From the NCBI GenBank assembly GCA_951406725.2, contig OX597828.1, forward strand, positions 67,704,001 through 67,768,000: a DNA stretch of 64,000 bases, given 5' to 3'. The first letter of the stretch is position 1; every line of letters starts with the position of its first letter. A model generated the notes under the pieces. That model had not been told where the DNA came from and did no database searches. It was given only the letters and a program-made list of their open reading frames with translations. This document shows positions 1 to 13,941 of the stretch, piece after piece. This stretch comes from Octopus vulgaris. Taxonomy: Eukaryota. The position numbers and the translations under genes are program-made.

Positions 1-87
1 TTGATGAGATGATATGGCAATACTTCAGTCATCTTCACTGAACAGAAATAATTGTATGTATGTGTGTGTGTGTGTGTGTGTGTTTAC

Positions 88-143
88 CTGGTATTTATCG
101 TGTGTAGATACTCAGGGTAAGCAGGAGGCATTAAGGCAATAGA
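88..143 (-). CDS. Candidate coding exon of unidentified gene (SIALMPPAYPEYLHTINT+2 nt), 56 nt, phase 0->2
   Basis: Acceptor tcttttgtcaacAG, donor AG|gtaaac. Only one frame is open, and it continues the 383-453 exon. Confidence 0.55.
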
Positions 144-382
144 CTGTTGACAAAAGACGTAGCCATGATGAGTCAAGGTGCAGGAAATCCTGAGTTTACT
201 TTAAAGTATTACTGTTTCGCGAGGTTTCTGTGTGCGTTTCTGTGTAGTCATAGCGACCACACTTAGATAAACAAGCAAATGGTTTCTAATGCGTGTACGT
301 GTGTGTGTGTGTGTCAGTGTGTGTATGTGTGTATGAGTTAGTGTGTCTGTCTATGTAGATGCGAAGCTTTGATATCTACAAC

Positions 383-453
383 CTTTGACCTCAACCGATG
401 GCACCACGAGATCAGGACCAAACAATTAAGACCAATGAAATGTTTATTCCCTT
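383..453 (-). CDS. Candidate coding exon ((E)GNKHFIGLNCLVLISWCHRLRSK), 71 nt, phase 1->0
   Basis: Acceptor ttttgttcttgttAG, weaker donor AAG|gttgta. Phase matches both neighbouring exons. Confidence 0.5.
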
Positions 454-668
454 CTAACAAGAACAAAATGTGTTGATGGTGGCGATGGGGACGTTGGTGG
501 TATTGTGGTTGCTGATGTTCTTGTTGCCGGTCGTAGTAGTGTGGTGGTAGTGCGTTGTTGCTGGTGGTGGTGTGACGGTGGTAGTGGGGATAAACGTGTT
601 GAGGCGTTTGTTGAAGATGGCGATGAGGTTACAGTGTGGCTGTGTGTGTGTGTCAGTGTGTGTGTGTG

Positions 669-718
<50 letters not shown>

Positions 719-742
719 GTGTGTGTATGTGTGTGTGTGTGC

Positions 743-785
<43 letters not shown>

Positions 786-2223
786 TGTGTGTATGAGTGT
801 ATGTGTGTTCTTTTGTTCTGATATAGTATATAATGTGTAGTTTTGAAATTTAAAATTTAGATAAGAGCGTCCACCAAATTGTTTAAACAGTTCTTGTTTT
901 CTGAAAGAAAGAAAATGTCATTAGCCATATAATTTACTTTTTTATTTTGATTATTTATTTATATATTTATTTGCATTATTGCAGCTCCTTTAAGTAACAC
1001 ACACACACACACACACAAGCAGAAGCACACACATACACACCAGTTGCACACACACGCATACACGCACACAAACATACACACACCAACACATAAACACACA
1101 CGCGCACACCCACACGCACAAACACACACCTAAAACACACACATACACACATGACTGTAAGTACAATTTCTTCATACAGCCCTAAATGTCCGACGTTCTT
1201 AGGGGCAATGAAATGTTTTGTAATTAATGTTTAGTGGCAGATAAAATGGTTGTTTTCAATGGCTTCTAACGTAGAGGCATGGTCAGAAACTTTGAAGGAA
1301 TTGGGCGGGGTGAGATCCCAGTCAGCGAGTTTAGCAGACCCATTCTAAGCAAAATGCCCAGCATTTCTTCTGGTCTTTTAGATTAGTAATTCAAGTTACG
1401 TCGAGGTCGACTTTGTCTTTCGTCTTTTCAGGGTCGATAAATAAAGTACCAGTAGACACTAGGACTGACTTACGAGCGGGTGCTGAAAAGTTCCTGGACC
1501 GTAGTATACTTTTTTAAAGTTTGCTCTTTTGTAATTTTGTTACTATAACCAGTGCCCTCAGTTATTACTGGTACTTGGTTTTCACTTCTAGATCTTTACA
1601 GCCTGCAAACTTCAGTTTCAAGTTCCTTCTACGGATTAGCTTTATCCGTTCAGTCCTGAATCAACGATTATTCTTTTCTGACAAAATCGAAACTGAAGCT
1701 TCTGTGAGTAAGTAGAGATGGGTGAGAGGGGCTTCATTATCCCCAACCCCCCAATCTCATATACTTTGCCCAAACAACAAACACAAAGAAATACATCCTT
1801 TAATCCTGTCACTTGTAACCAATGAACGAATTACTTTCGAGCAGGTTCCCCAAATAAATGCTCTTCTTGTTTAACATCTGAACTTTTGTCTTAACCAATA
1901 GTCCACCGCTACCACCACCACCGCCGCCGCCGCCGCCACCACCACCAGAACTACAACAACAACAACAATATCAACATCATCACCACCACAACAACCGCCG
2001 TTGCTGTGGCAGTCATGTCTGACAGTTTTGCTTTTTTGTCAGCAAAAAGAAATGAAAAAGTCACGTCTCCCTCCCTCCCTCTCTCTCTCTCTCTCTAAAC
2101 AACCTGCCATCTTCCCTCTCTTCCTCTCTTCTTTTCTCTCCCCCTCTCTCTCTTCTTCCACTCTTACGTTGCTTCCCACCACCGAACAATAACAACAGCA
2201 ACAGCATCAACCAGTGAATTTAC

Positions 2224-2272
2224 CATCGGTGACCTTGTTTAAATACCATCTCAGTTTATCAAACATTTCTTC
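2224..2272 (-). CDS. Candidate coding exon (EEMFDKLRWYLNKVTD+1 nt), 49 nt, phase 0->1
   Basis: Acceptor ccctgttgtaacctcgcatAG, donor G|gtaaat. Protein-like translation in unique sequence that joins 383-453 in frame. Confidence 0.6.
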
Positions 2273-2593
2273 CTATGCGAGGTTACAACAGGGGAGGAGG
2301 AGATGGCACAGTGCGAGGGTGTGAAAGGGAGGAGGATGTCCAAACCACTCTCCTTCCCCTTCCCCCCATCATCACCATCACCATCCTTTCAGACTGCACG
2401 TCCCACTAGAAATAGTAGCCAAATCTCCCTAGAATCAGACTCTATTATGTTAGAACACAGAATACAAAGAGGCGGGTGGTCATGGTGGAAAGTCTGGGAT
2501 CACATGTCAGCTCAATCAAGGTTGATCCGGGGCTAAACAGTAGCAATTTCCACCCTTACTTCAATCCTTTCTGAGCGGTTCATTTTTCTGGGG

Positions 2594-2655
<62 letters not shown>

Positions 2656-3032
2656 ATGTGTATGTGTGTGTGTGCGTGTGCGTGTATGTGTGTGTGTGCG
2701 TGTGCGTGTATGCCTTGATTACAGTTTTAAGGCTCGTTAAATATTATATTGATTTCAAATTTTGACACAAGGCCGGCAATTTCGGGGGAGTAGGGTAAGT
2801 CGATTACTTCGACCCCTGTGTTCGACTTGTATTTATTTCATCGACAACGAAAGGACGAAAGACAAATCGACCTGGGCGGAATTTGAACTCAGAACATAAA
2901 GACAGGCGAAATGCCGCTAAACATTTTCCCAGTGTGATAACGATTTCGCCAGCTCGCCGCCTCAAGGCTCCTTACATATGTATATTTACTTCTGTGTTAG
3001 GGAGTGGATGATCTCACTGAGGAATTAACTAC

Positions 3033-4480
3033 TCTTTTACTTGTTTCAGTCATTTGACTGCGGCCACGCTGGAGCACCGCCTATAGTCGAGCAAATCGAC
3101 CCCAGGACTTATTCTTTGTAAGTCTAATACTTATTCTATCAGTCTCTTTTGCCGAACCGCAAGGTGACGGGGACGTATCATCATCATTGTTCGACCGTGG
3201 TCGAGACAATGGAATTTACCATGCTACGCCAGACTTCACGGTTCATCATAGCATTACGGAGGTCCTGTTGCTGGATGTCTGTATCCCTGGAGATTACATC
3301 AGGGTAGGAGAGTGTGCGCCTCTGGTATTGCGAGTAGATGGCTTCCAGAGGAGAAGAGTAGAAATTACTTCTTTTTCAGCTCTACAACAATGTTCAGCTA
3401 ACTGGACTCTCCTACCTTTCACAAGAGATGACACAGGTGGTAGTTTCCCATATATTTGCATTTTGGTTGGATGGCGCTTCCACGAGAGATTTTGAGCTCT
3501 CATAAGGAGGCGAGTGTAGGTTCCATCCAACCGCCTCTCAAGCTTCTTTGATAACGTCCAGGTTTCTGAGCCATATAGTAGAATTGGTTCGACTGTGGCT
3601 TTGAAGATTTCAAGTTTGAAGTCTCTACTTAGATTTGATGACCAGATCTTATGCATGTCATTACAGGCTGACCAGGCCATACCCTTTCTAGTTAGAAAGT
3701 CTTTTCCAGATGATGATATGTATGACCCAAGATATTTATAATCAGAAACCATATTTAAGGGCGCATTGTTGAGAGTATGGATGATGCAATCACTGTTGGA
3801 CAGGCACTTGTTTATGTATTCAGTTTTGGCCTCATTGAGGTAAAGACCTACACAATTTGAGGCTTGTTCAAGAGATTGTAAAAGAGACTGGGCATTGGAG
3901 AGAGAATCACTGATAAGAGCGATGTCGTCAGCAAAGTCAGTGTCTGTCAAGTACTCAGCTGGGTGTCTGGAACTTCTTCTTGGTTTTATTTCAAAGCCCT
4001 TGCCAGAGATGGTATCAACTGACATACGTATCACATAATCAACAACAATGATGAAAAGAAATGGGGCGATTGTGTCTCCCTGCAGTATTCCGGCTTTGAT
4101 TGAGAAAGATGATGTTTCTCCGTCAGGGGTAAGATGGTTGAAGACGTATCTGTGTAGAGGACCTTAATGGCAGAAATGATTTTGTCTGGTATCCCATAGA
4201 GCTTAAGGATTTCAAACATATTGTACTTATCTACAGAATCGAACGCTTTAGAAAAGTCTACAAATACCATTGGAAGATCGCGATTAAATGCTTTTGATTC
4301 TTCAATAAGTCTGTGTAGGCATAGTATCTGGCTCAGCGTTGAGCGCCCATGTCTGAATCCATTTTGGTTCTTTCGGAGCAAAGGTTCAACAAAAAGGACA
4401 AGACGATTTAGGGGGATGTAAGCACACCAGCATCGGTTGTCAAGCGATGTTGGGGGACAAATACAGACACACAAACATAT

Positions 4481-4510
<30 letters not shown>
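3033..4510 (-). mobile_element. SINE family A copy split by the RTE insertion (3033-3177 and 4412-4510)
   Basis: The two halves join into the family A body seen intact at 28315-28728. Confidence 0.85.
3178..4411 (-). mobile_element. 5'-truncated RTE-type non-LTR retrotransposon (RT pseudogene, frameshift near 4130)
   Basis: RT motifs QNGFRHGRST, FVDFSKAFDSV, (G)ILQGDTIAPFLF, DFADDIAL, YKYLGS, ILLYGSETW. (TGA)n 3' tail. TSD ggggacgta 3169-3177 / ggggatgta 4412-4420. Confidence 0.92.
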
Positions 4511-4511
<1 letters not shown>

Positions 4512-5090
4512 ATAACAAAATAATAAATAAAACATATGCATATATACATACATATATGTACGTACCTACCTCTACATGTATATATACATGCATATATGGG
4601 TACAGGACACCAAAAAAACGTCGAACACAATGAGAAACGAAAACATAAAAACAAAACCAAGGAAACGGACATTTTTTTAAACAACGATAAAACAGAGTAC
4701 AAGACATACAATACAAGGAAAATTCCCCTTCTTCAGCCGCCTCTGTTTCGTCTACTCCGTGTTTCAAAGGTAAGGGCGAGACACGACTTCGTGGAAATAG
4801 TCCTTTCCGCAAAGCAAATTAAATAAAATTTGAGATTTTTTGCGGAGCGGTAAAAGTGGTAACAAAAACAGGACAGTAAAGACAATACAAATAAAAACAG
4901 TAAAAGACAGGACAAGGAGAATAACAGTAACACAAACATTAAGGGTAGTTAAGCCTGAACGAAAGAAAAATTATTTTGAACGCTTTGAAAATGGCTTGAG
5001 AGGGACAGAGAAAACCGTCTACACTTGTTGGAAGTAGTAGTCAGAAAGGCAGTAAACCTCTGGTCACGTGTCAGTCACGCTTCTGCTCTT

Positions 5091-5092
<2 letters not shown>
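4511..5092 (-). repeat. Dispersed, diverged copy of the unit of the 30.8-33.6 kb tandem array
   Basis: The reverse complement aligns by eye with about 550 bp of the unit (ctgaagaagggg, gtgttcgacgt, gtagaggtaggtacgtacatat). Confidence 0.8.
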
Positions 5093-5149
<57 letters not shown>

Positions 5150-5156
<7 letters not shown>

Positions 5157-5790
5157 ATTTCGGAATGGTCATTTTGCCAGTTTAGCCAATAAAAACACAC
5201 GCACTATATATTTGGTGTTATTTTGCTTCATTGTTATTTATTTTTTACATTAATCTTAATCTTATTTCGGCCAGAGTTCTTTCGCCACACTCCTATGACC
5301 GCATCAGTGGTCCTTTTGTTTTCTTCTTTCTTATTTGTGTCTCTCCTTACTAACCGTCAGCCATTTTGTATTTCTATTGTATGTCTTCATTTGCGCATGC
5401 TTATATCTCTATGTGCGTCTATGTTTATTTAGTGTGTGTTTGTGGGGGGGATGCCTGTAATATTTGTATCTTCTGTTTATATATGTTCATGTAATTTGTA
5501 TTTTTTTATTCTTATTTTGTTCATAGGTTTACATCCGCTTATTATTATCATTACATATGCTTGTATGTATAACAACAATACTAGTAATAATAATAATAAA
5601 TCGAATCGAAAAAAAATATATATATAAATTTAAAAAATGCGGTCACAGGAGTGTGACGAAAGAACTCTGGCCGAAATAAGATTAAGATTAATGTAAAAAA
5701 TAAATAACAATGAAGCAAAATAGCACCAAATATATAGTGCATGTGTTTTTATTGGCTAAACTGGCAAAATGACCATTCGGAAATATAACA
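5150..5790. mobile_element. Inverted pair of Penelope-terminus-like fragments with degenerate hammerhead (5269-5313, minus)
   Basis: About 5150-5305 is the reverse complement of about 5637-5790. Same family as 57180-57360. Confidence 0.65.
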
Positions 5791-5846
5791 ATATCTGTTT
5801 CAACACACGACTTCACATAAAAAATCTTGCACAACAAATATTTAAA

Positions 5847-5897
<51 letters not shown>

Positions 5898-6942
5898 AGA
5901 AAATGGAGCAGTCAGAATTTTGGATAATTTCTATTAGCGCTTTCGTACATTTAATCGAACTCTTCAAGACAAAAATTAAAACGAAATTGATAAAAATATA
6001 ACGTTTTCTCGTTTTTTATATGAATCGGATGTTTTTTGTTTTGTTTTGAAGAGGAGAATTTCTTTTTAGATAAAGAGAAGGAGAGAAAGATAGGGATCAG
6101 GACAATCGAGAAAGAAAAGCAAACAGGGAGTGAAAAAATTGACAGAGAAAGGTTTCTTTTCAATTATATTGTTTGTTTAAAAGGGGAGAAAATTTTGTTT
6201 TTTTGGAGAAAAAAGAGGAAGAAGAAAAATAGGGAACAGGACAATCGAGAAAGAGGAAGAAAAGCAAAGGAGGTGGAAGACAGAGAGAGAGAGAGAGAGA
6301 GTGTGTGGTCTCTTTTCAATTTGATGTGGTCAACCCATTGAAATTTCATTACAAAGCATTTTTTCTTTTTTTCTTCCCCCTCTTTTCCTTCTCATTGTAT
6401 ACCTATCAAAATATTTTAAATATACAAATTTCTCATTGTAGGAGGTAATGACTAAATGACCTTTCGAGAAGTCAATTTTACGAAGAAGGATGTGAAAGAT
6501 CAGAAAAGAGAGGAAGAACAAAAAGATTTTTTTTCTTATTCTTAAGTGGGTTCAGTCACCACTATAAAGTATGCAAATAAAAAGAGTTCAAAGTCCAATG
6601 AAAATGTACATTCGTTCACACCTGTTGAGCCAAATCCCTTATTCTGTGTAGTGCCAGGTTTTACACAAACACTAAACATTAGTACAAATTGATAAATTAG
6701 GAAAATAAAGTCAGAATATAAAGAATAATTTGTGTACAGTACTATTTATAAATGAATCTATATCCTATGTACATTTAATTAAACATCATGAATGAGTTGT
6801 GTAACAAAATGTACAATGTATATTTAACTGTAAGATATAAATTCTATAACAAAGCAGGACAATATATTTTTGAGTATTTTTCATCATTTTATAGAATTAA
6901 GTTTTCTTGCTTAGAAGTGATTTTATCAATTTGATTTTAATT

Positions 6943-6986
6943 TTTGTCTTGAAGAGTTCGGTTAAACGAACGAAAGCGCTAATAAA
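6943..6986 (+). ncRNA. Variant type I hammerhead-like motif
   Basis: TTTGT-CTTGAAGA-GTTCG gttaaa CGAAC-GAAAG-CG-CTA-ATAAA. 5-bp stem II, palindromic AGCGCT stem III, one extra U in the core. Confidence 0.45.
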
Positions 6987-7064
6987 GAATTATCTAAAAT
7001 TCTGACTTCCTCCTTTTTCTCAATATACAAAATCTGTACGCTACTTCAAACACTCTATAGATAC

Positions 7065-7118
<54 letters not shown>

Positions 7119-7696
7119 CTGTGCATGCGCGCGTGTGTCTTTGCACAGGCAGCATTTTCCAATTTGTCAATTATTTAATTTCATCCAATATTCAAAAGAA
7201 TGGCAAATGAATTCCAGTTTTGTTGTTTGTCGAGATAAGAAGAGTTTGAAGTGGAATTATTGGAGACAGCTGCATCCAATTATACATACATGCAACCGTT
7301 TATTTCTTATACTCTCCAGGAACATACATATTTATCAAGCATACAATACACACTGCCATAAACTATACACAAACACAAAAAACATGCTCAAACTTATAGA
7401 ACTGACATCTATAAATATATGTGTGCGTGCGTGTGTGTGTATTTATACATATATAAGCATGTATATGTATGCGTATTGTGTGTGTGTATGTATGTATTAT
7501 GTATGTATGTACGTATGCATATTTACCCATCGCAAAAACTATTCTCTTACGTAACAGCGCAAGCACCTGCATTTAATTATATAAATATTAAGACGGTACT
7601 CCAGCATGGCCGCAGTCAAATCACTGAAACAAGTAAAAGAATAAAAGGATATATATATATAGTACATATTATATATATGTGTGTGTGTGTATGTGT

Positions 7697-7750
<54 letters not shown>

Positions 7751-8125
7751 TATGTATACATACGTGTGTGTGTACACGTGCAGATGCGCGCGTATATGGA
7801 GGCATGTATATATGGAGGCATGTATATACAAGCTTAAACAAATAATTCAGTAGCAGATTATATCATTGTAGAATATATTTATTAGAACTGCAAATATATA
7901 TTGTTATTGACTTAAGGCCTGATGTTTCGTTTTGCTTCGTTATCGAAGTAATCAGTTCACAGAATCAAATTTTCTTTTCAGTTGTAAGAAACGCAAAATA
8001 TGTGTGTGTGCGCGCGCATGGCAATGTTGAAGAAACACTTAGAAGCAGGGTGTTATTACTTGCCACATCCCAGCATCAAGCACCGGTTCACCCCATTACG
8101 CCTCAAGGCAGTTGCGTTGTTCTAC

Positions 8126-8211
8126 CTTTTGACAGGTCGTCTTGAACCATTCAACGCCATGTGGTCTGTGGTCGTCGTTCCCGTCTTGTCCTTCCTCCTG
8201 CTGCTGTCTGT
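8126..8211 (-). CDS. Weak candidate exon (...QQQEEGQDGNDDHRPHGVEWFKTTCQK), acceptor ambiguous
   Basis: Donor AAG|gtagaa in phase 0 fits exon 2224-2272. Several possible AGs (8211/8207/8203) and a poor pyrimidine tract. Confidence 0.3.
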
Positions 8212-8815
8212 CTGCATACAGATTATCTCAGGATATTTTCTGCCAGTTTGGTAATGTATTCATTCTATTAGCTATTTTACAAAGCTAACAGGAATAAAAT
8301 TAAAAAACAGTTGCACAGCGTGAAATTAGAGTAAATAATTTATTGTACTCACCGACATATTAACCAATAAAAATCAGCGACAATTGAAAAATACCGAAAA
8401 CAAAGAAAAAAAACGCGTCTCAAGAGTTTGACTCTTCTTTACAGGGTCAGTATTTGGCTCACAAACGTGCTGCCCCCCCCCCATCTCTCACTCTCTCTCT
8501 CTCTCCTCTAATAGCCTCTGAATTGGCTTGACTTAGGCCACTTCTGGGCAGATATCTCCAACTCACTCGCCTGCTTTCCCCGCATTACCAATGTGTTCAA
8601 CACCATGACCATCACTACCTACCACAGGCTCCACACTAACTCCTACACCCAATCTTTACACCCGAGAATGCACTCTTTAATGGCACCTCCTCAATTTCGT
8701 GATGCCCGATACCACAGAGTTGATCCAAGACAGGAAATATTCCTGGAGTCTTGCGCCTCTCTCCATCACCTTCACAACTCGTTGGGTCAAATAAGAAGCG
8801 ATAGGGGCAACTTAC

Positions 8816-8824
8816 ATCCTCAAT
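8816..8824 (-). CDS. Candidate 9-nt microexon ATTGAGGAT
   Basis: Minus strand reads cttttacttgcAG|ATTGAGGAT|GTAAGT: consensus acceptor and donor 9 nt apart. Confidence 0.35.
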
Positions 8825-8992
8825 CTGCAAGTAAAAGCTGACATCTCCACATATATTTTTTTATGTATTTCCTTCTGCTGGGAGCCTTGTGTATGTTTCT
8901 TCAGCTCCTGGCTTTTATTGGCTATGCACAAGTATATAAGCGTACACCCGTTCTCGTTCACATTCGAGGTGAGTGACTGGGTGTTATGCCCC

Positions 8993-9085
<93 letters not shown>

Positions 9086-9489
9086 ACTGCCATATCTACT
9101 GCAACTGTAATGGTTTCTAATTTCTTGCACTGTTTGGTTTCATGCCATCTCTCCTCACTTACCCGCGATTCATTCACCTTTTCTCCTCTCATTACCAAAC
9201 TTATACCCACCTCCCTTCCACCAGTTCTCACAAGAACCAGTACCTCCTACCATTTGTCGTGAAGAGTACTTTTTCTAGCATCTTCTACTTTGAGTTATCG
9301 AAAATCTGCATCTAACCAATGCACTTGTTATTGTTGTTTTTATTATTGTGTATCGTTGTTGTTGTTGGTGGTGGTGATGGTGATGGTAGTGGTGGGATCA
9401 CTCTTGTTGCTGTACATATTATGTTGTTATTGATGCTATTGTTGTCGGTATTGTGTGGATCGTTGTTGCTGTTGATGCTGTTGCTGTTG

Positions 9490-9862
9490 CTGTTGAGCGA
9501 ACGATCTTCGTCCCAGAGCTCGCAAGATGGGAGAAGTCCAAAACGTGGTCCTTTGCTATTCGTAAGACCCGCAGAAGAGAAAGCGGGTCAACCCCCGACA
9601 CCGAGAGCATCGACGGATGGATGAATGCGCATCCAGGCTCAGCGGTTGCGTAGGAAGTCGGGGACAAGAAACAGGAAGAAAGAGTGAGAGAAAGTTGGAG
9701 CGAAAGAGTACAACGGAGGTCGCCACCACCCACTGCCGGAGCCTCGTGGAGCTTTAGGTGTTTTCGCTCAATGAACACACACAACGCCCGGTCTGGGAAA
9801 TCGGAACCGCGATCTTCCGACCGCGAATCCGCTGCCCTAACCACTGGGCCATTGCGCCTCCA
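9490..9862 (-). mobile_element. tRNA-derived SINE, family C
   Basis: Head TGGAGGCGCAATGGCCCAGTGGTTAGGGCAGCGG...GGTTCCGATTTCCC with A/B-box-like motifs and a (CAA)n tail. Relatives at 24082-24389 and 41745-41860. Confidence 0.85.
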
Positions 9863-10374
9863 CTGCTGTTGTGGCTTTGTGGCTAATGTCTGCAATGTTC
9901 TTTTGGTTGATCACCACCGACAGTAGGGTTGAAGCTGCAGATAGGTGTAAGGTTGAGGTGGTGGAAGTTCACGCTTCTTAACTGCATTCACCAGTATCAC
10001 CATTCTCACTACCACCACCACCACCACCACCACCACCACCACCACCATCTGCTCACAGTTTCTACGTCGATGGATATCATGTTCATATATATATATATAT
10101 ATATATAAGAAATATTGAGTTTCTAAATCTCTCGTAGAGAGGTGTATATATATATATATATTGGCAATTTCAGAACAGAATATCTTCAAAAAATATTCGC
10201 TCCGTTAGAAGTGAGTAAAGGAGGTAAAATGACCCCCATCCCCACCCCCACCCCTGCTCTCGCTGTTGTTCAGTAACGAAACAAAAGGATCGATAACATT
10301 GTAGTTGGGCGAAATCAATAACAGCTCAATACTATTTACCCACGGCAAGTAAACGTAGTACTCAGGTCGAAACC

Positions 10375-10442
<68 letters not shown>

Positions 10443-10477
10443 ATGCAGCAGCCGCATTAGTAGTAGTGGTGGTGGTG

Positions 10478-10563
<86 letters not shown>

Positions 10564-10564
<1 letters not shown>

Positions 10565-11691
10565 AATGCCCTGATGTCATACCGGAAATGGCTCTCATGG
10601 CTTCTGATCCTAACTGATTGGAAATGTTATCATGTACATGTTTTGTCTTAATGTAAAAAAAAAAAGAATGGGCCACAATAAATATTCTGCTCAATGCCAC
10701 AGTCTTACTCGTCATTTGCTTGACCTTCACCATTTGAGCTGACAATATGTGCATAACTGATAATGAGCAGGGTTAGTAGAGGAGCATCATAGCCATGTGC
10801 TGAGAGGAAATCTTTGGAGTTTGAATAATTCATCCTTGGAATCATGGGCACTTCGTTCAGCATCCTTAAACAACGCTCATTCAGGGACTTTTTGAGTATG
10901 ATGGGTTATTCTATATGAAGAAAATTCTCTCTGGGCTCCACCTGCAAGGTCATGCGCTATTTATCTTGCTATGATATCACCACGTCGCGCACATATGCAT
11001 GTGATGCATGTGCTTGGTGTACCCTTATCAGACGGGTAGTCATGATGGGTATACTGGGCTTCGTATATATGTATTCCATTGTCATTTTGATAGCATACGC
11101 TGCTCTCTCAATAATAATAATAATAATAATAAATGCCCTGATGCAGTACCATGCAGTGGCTCTCATGACTTCTGATCTTAACTGACTGGAAGTGTTATCA
11201 TGCACATTGTTTTGTCTTGGTATAAAAGATGGACTACAGAAAATATTCTGCTCAATACCACAGATTTGCTTGTCAGTTGTTTGACCTTAACCAGTTGACC
11301 ATGTCCCTTAGTGGTTGACAATATGTGCATCTCTGATCACAAGCAGAAGTAGTGGGGGAGCATCATAGCCGTATGTTGAAAGGAATTCTTAGAGGATTGG
11401 GTAATTCACCTTTAGAAACATCGGTGGTTCGTTCAACATCCTTAAGCAACCCTTCTCAGGGACCTTTTGAGCGGGATGGGCTACTCGACCAGAAGAAAAT
11501 TCTAACTGCCCCACCCCCACCTGCACGGTCATGTGCCGTTTCTCTTGATATGAGATCACCATGTCGTGCACATATGGTCATGATGCATGTGCTTGGTGTA
11601 CCCTTATCAGACAGGTAGTCATGATGGGTATACTGGGCTTCGTATATTTTGCCCCAGTGTCACTTTGATGGCATGCACTGGTCTCTCATTC

Positions 11692-11692
<1 letters not shown>
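10564..11692 (+). mobile_element. Two head-to-tail copies of a ~550-bp retroposon-like repeat with (TAA)n tails
   Basis: 10564-11110 and 11131-11692 both start aaatgccctgatg and end ctctc(t)ca(ttc)ataataat, and are clearly diverged from each other. Confidence 0.75.
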
Positions 11693-11738
<46 letters not shown>

Positions 11739-11764
11739 CAACAATAATAAAAATAATGATAATG

Positions 11765-11977
11765 GTTTCAAATTTTCGCACAAGGCCAGCAATTTGGGGG
11801 GAGGTGGTTAATCGATTACATCAGTCCCAGTGCTCAGCAGGTACTTATTTTATCGGCCCCGAAAGGCGATGAAAAGTAAAGTCGACCTCGGCAGATTTTG
11901 AACTTGGGAGCGAAACGCCTGACGAAATGCCTCTAAACATTTTGTCCGACGTTCTAACGATTCTGCCAGCTCGCCGC
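11765..11977 (-). mobile_element. SINE family B copy
   Basis: gcggcgagctggcagaatcgttag head and gtcgacttt...ggggccgataaaataagtacc body. Other copies at about 1250-1470, 2760-2965, 54625-54855, 63225-63460 and 63720-63935. Confidence 0.8.
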
Positions 11978-11978
11978 T

Positions 11979-12036
<58 letters not shown>

Positions 12037-12594
12037 ATTCTTTTCAGATTCTTACCAAGAACTCCCGTGTGATTTAACTACTGAGCTACTGTAGTTTTGT
12101 TACATAAGAGATGTTGCACAATATTTTCTGAGCTTTCCATTTTCTGGGTTTCTTTTTTTCTTTTTGGTCTTCTTTTCGTTTTTTTGTTTTGTGTTTGTAT
12201 TAAGTGCGTCTATTGCTACACAATAACGGTACATCATGTTGAAGAACAACAGAAATCGCTGTAATCCAAGGGCGATATTTCACGGATGATACACTCACAG
12301 AATGCGATGTTTGTTAAGCTGCTGCGATGTTTTGTAAAGAACTCGAAAAATTGCTATTGTTACTTCCGCTCAATGGAATAATGCCGTACACTGTTGCATT
12401 ATTGGCGAAATATAGCCGCAAATTTGCGGCATTAAACAAAAGACATATTCTGATGTCTTTCGCGAGTTTGAAAAAAAAAACAAAAACAAAAAGAAAGAGA
12501 AAAAAAGAATAAAAAAGAATGGAGGGAAAAGAAAAAATGAACAAAAACAACAAATTTTGTTTACGCAATCCGTAATAGTCTATAAACATGAAAC

Positions 12595-12630
<36 letters not shown>

Positions 12631-12649
12631 GAAAACAATAGAAAACTTG

Positions 12650-12695
<46 letters not shown>

Positions 12696-13390
12696 CATTA
12701 CCATCAGAGCAGCACCATCACCACCACCACCATCATCATTATCATCATCATCATCATCATTTTTAGCATTTATTGTGCGGCTTTTTTGTGAGCAGGTAAG
12801 TGAAAAGCAGTTTCAATATGGCTGATTTTATAACAAAGATGGAGGACATTGCAATTTTGGCAATGTGTACTCAGTAAACAATAAAAAAAGAACTATAAAC
12901 AAAAGAATTCCACAGTAAAAACCTTCTTACATTCAAAGTACGGATTGTAGTTTCCAAAATTATCTCTATTATTGCCATTCATTGTTCTCCCACCTCTTTC
13001 TCTCTTCCTACCTATTATATATAAATATACAAACATACACACACAAGACACACACATACGCATGCGCACACGCAAACACACGCTCAAAAACACTCATTAT
13101 TTGTGTGTGTATTTTAACTGGAGCACTAATACGTTTTATAGGAGTTTAAAATTGCTTGCAAAGCTGTGGTCGTATGTTGAATAAACATGTTTTCAGATTC
13201 GTTGCGTAAAATAGACTCCGTGATTAAACCACGACTCTTTTAGAAGTCATGGAGCGAGATCAAATCCAGCAGTAGATTAATATCGTTAAGGCCATCGTCG
13301 TTTACTCACTTCTGGTTGCTGCGTTGACAATGATATACATATAGATAGCTAGATAGATAGAAATAGATACACACACAAACGCACGCACAC

Positions 13391-13880
13391 ACTAGCAATG
13401 CATCCCGGCGTTGCCCGGGTGTTATGACCGCCAACCATATTGTATTATTTGTTCCTTTCTTATGGGCAGAATCAGCTTCAAACTCACAATGTTTCAATGT
13501 CGTTTGATGTTTCACGTATGCGTAGAATTTGTAGCTTTTTGAAAGTGGGGAAGGAGATTTTACTGTTTCTTAAATATTGAGAACGTGATTTTTGGGCAAA
13601 ATCCGAATCTCCTCGTTCGAAAGCATAGGAATCGGAAGAATTGTAGGAAAAAAATAAGGTGAAGCGCAAGAGTCACCTCGGACAAACTAGAAACAACAGG
13701 TGAAGGACAGGAATTCTAGTAAAACGCCCTTTTTAAGTTTATGTCGAAAATCAGATTTTTAAATACGCTCATCACAAACTTCAGTTGCAGAATAGAAAAA
13801 ATGTAATTTCAATTGGATTTGAGCTGTAATTTTTCGCGTGCATACAGCAAGAAATGATATAATTCGTACAGAAGTTTTAC
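13391..13880 (+). mobile_element. Helentron/HINE-like non-autonomous element (partial)
   Basis: 5' end ACTAGCAATGCATCCCGGCGTTGCCCGGG with subterminal hairpin. 13725-13880 has an inverted relative at about 18720-18875. Confidence 0.5.
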
Positions 13881-13881
13881 C

Positions 13882-13912
<31 letters not shown>

Positions 13913-13941
13913 TGTGTGTCAAAGGAAGTTATGTTTACATA

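Noticed and set aside
8000-8254. Plus-strand peptide resembling the cytochrome b N-terminus (LSVCIQIISGYFL)
   Set aside because: Short hydrophobic resemblance only, with no conserved heme His or flanking NUMT; it is antisense to a candidate exon.
9790-9862. tRNA genes at SINE heads (also 24320-24389, 28315-28385)
   Set aside because: No complete cloverleaf or acceptor stem; each continues into a SINE body and tail.
12767-12795. Plus-strand 29-nt exon-like segment with GTAAGT donor
   Set aside because: No other plus-strand exons to connect to; could be chance.
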